From: Lama glama
Lineage: Eukaryota
Reading direction: 5' to 3'
NCBI GenBank assembly: GCA_028534125.1
Contig: CM052817.1
Coordinates: forward strand, 33,854,001 to 33,918,000
DNA length: 64,000 nt
A program made the position numbers and the translations under genes. Positions 63,091-64,000 of this stretch are shown piece after piece. Position 1 is the stretch's first letter, and each line of letters begins with the position of its first letter. Under the pieces are notes generated by a model. The model did not search any database. It saw nothing but the letters and a program-made list of their open reading frames with translations, and was not told the DNA's origin.

Positions 63091-64000
63091 CCATCTCCTT
63101 CACAATCATCCCATCTATGTGCTGGGACAGCCCTCTGCCCAGCAATGGGAGACTTAGAACTTAATGCATCATCTCTGGTACCCAGTACCTTAATTTAAAG
63201 ACAAGAGAACTGAGTGAAGGGATTACCTAAGTTCATATGACTGGTTCATGGAAGAACCCAAGATAGAAATCCATAGTGATGTCTCCACCATGCCAAGTCT
63301 CCTTCTTGTTTGCCAAATGGTCTTAAAACTTAGTGTCTATACATCCAACTTTCTGCTAGCTTTTCATAATATATGGATTTCTTCATGATATCTATTTTTA
63401 CTGTATATATATTCTTCTGTATATATTTGCTGTATATGTTGAAGGATGTACCTCCTATAAAATTTATATGACATTTCTATCATGAGGAAAGTGGTCAGGA
63501 GTTAAAAGCCATCCAGTTTACACTTGAGACATCCACAAAGCACACAATAAGGGGATTGCTTCGTGCTAAGGTAACTCAGTATGAATTGTGTACGTATTAT
63601 TAAAGTAAATAGTGCTCAGGGACAAATGCCTTTTCTAGAGACTGTATCCTTGAAAATATTTTGATGGTCTTCATTAATCCCAAGAAGCAGCCCTCAGAAA
63701 GTCAAACAGGAAGCCAAGCTCATGCTGTTGTATAAAACAAACACTTGTCCCTCCCAGAGCCTCCCCAGCACAGAGCCCTCCCTTTGTCTGAGCACTTCGT
63801 TTGGAACAACAGTTGGCAAATCTAAGAGGAAACAGTGCTCTATCTTGCAAGCACACAGCTCCTGCAAGCCCCTCGTCATTTAAATATCTACCCACCTTCC
63901 CCGCTACCTTCTGCCCCCATCTGCCAGCCAGGCAGTTTCAACTTGAACCCTGTGCAGAAAAAGCAGATACTAAATGCAAATCAGAAAGCGATGCAACCAT

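Noticed and set aside
1..64000. CRISPR arrays, operons or prokaryotic-style defence systems
   Set aside because: The sequence is clearly mammalian; no regularly spaced repeat-spacer array or gene-dense region is present.

Overview
Mammalian genomic DNA, most likely camelid (alpaca/camel-like): it carries vic-1-type tRNA-derived SINEs and cetartiodactyl-type L1 3' ends. I can support no intact protein-coding gene; the only ORFs resembling known proteins are decayed L1 ORF2 pieces, plus CR1/L3 RT, Tigger and Charlie remnants read directly from the DNA. The window looks intergenic or intronic and is dense in old repeats (MIR, L2, L3, old L1M, MLT/ERVL LTRs, MER DNA transposons), with younger L1 3' ends, SINEs and two ERV1-like solo LTRs. 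Between the repeats are several transposon-free, motif-rich blocks that look like enhancers, a CpG island (~56.0-56.5 kb) and a CpG-rich patch (~18.8-19.25 kb). The most notable structure is an inverted duplication with ~0.7 kb arms (~9.41-10.10 kb and ~11.34-12.01 kb) around a ~1.2 kb spacer. Its arms share an L2-MIR-L2 mosaic, with near-perfect identity at the centre and much lower identity at the edges, suggesting gene conversion and possibly a flippable segment. Other leads are a small polyadenylated MIR-containing insert inside a younger L1, a candidate microexon and candidate minus-strand lncRNA exons. Repeat family names are by recognition, not database search; coordinates are approximate unless a target-site duplication (TSD) is given.
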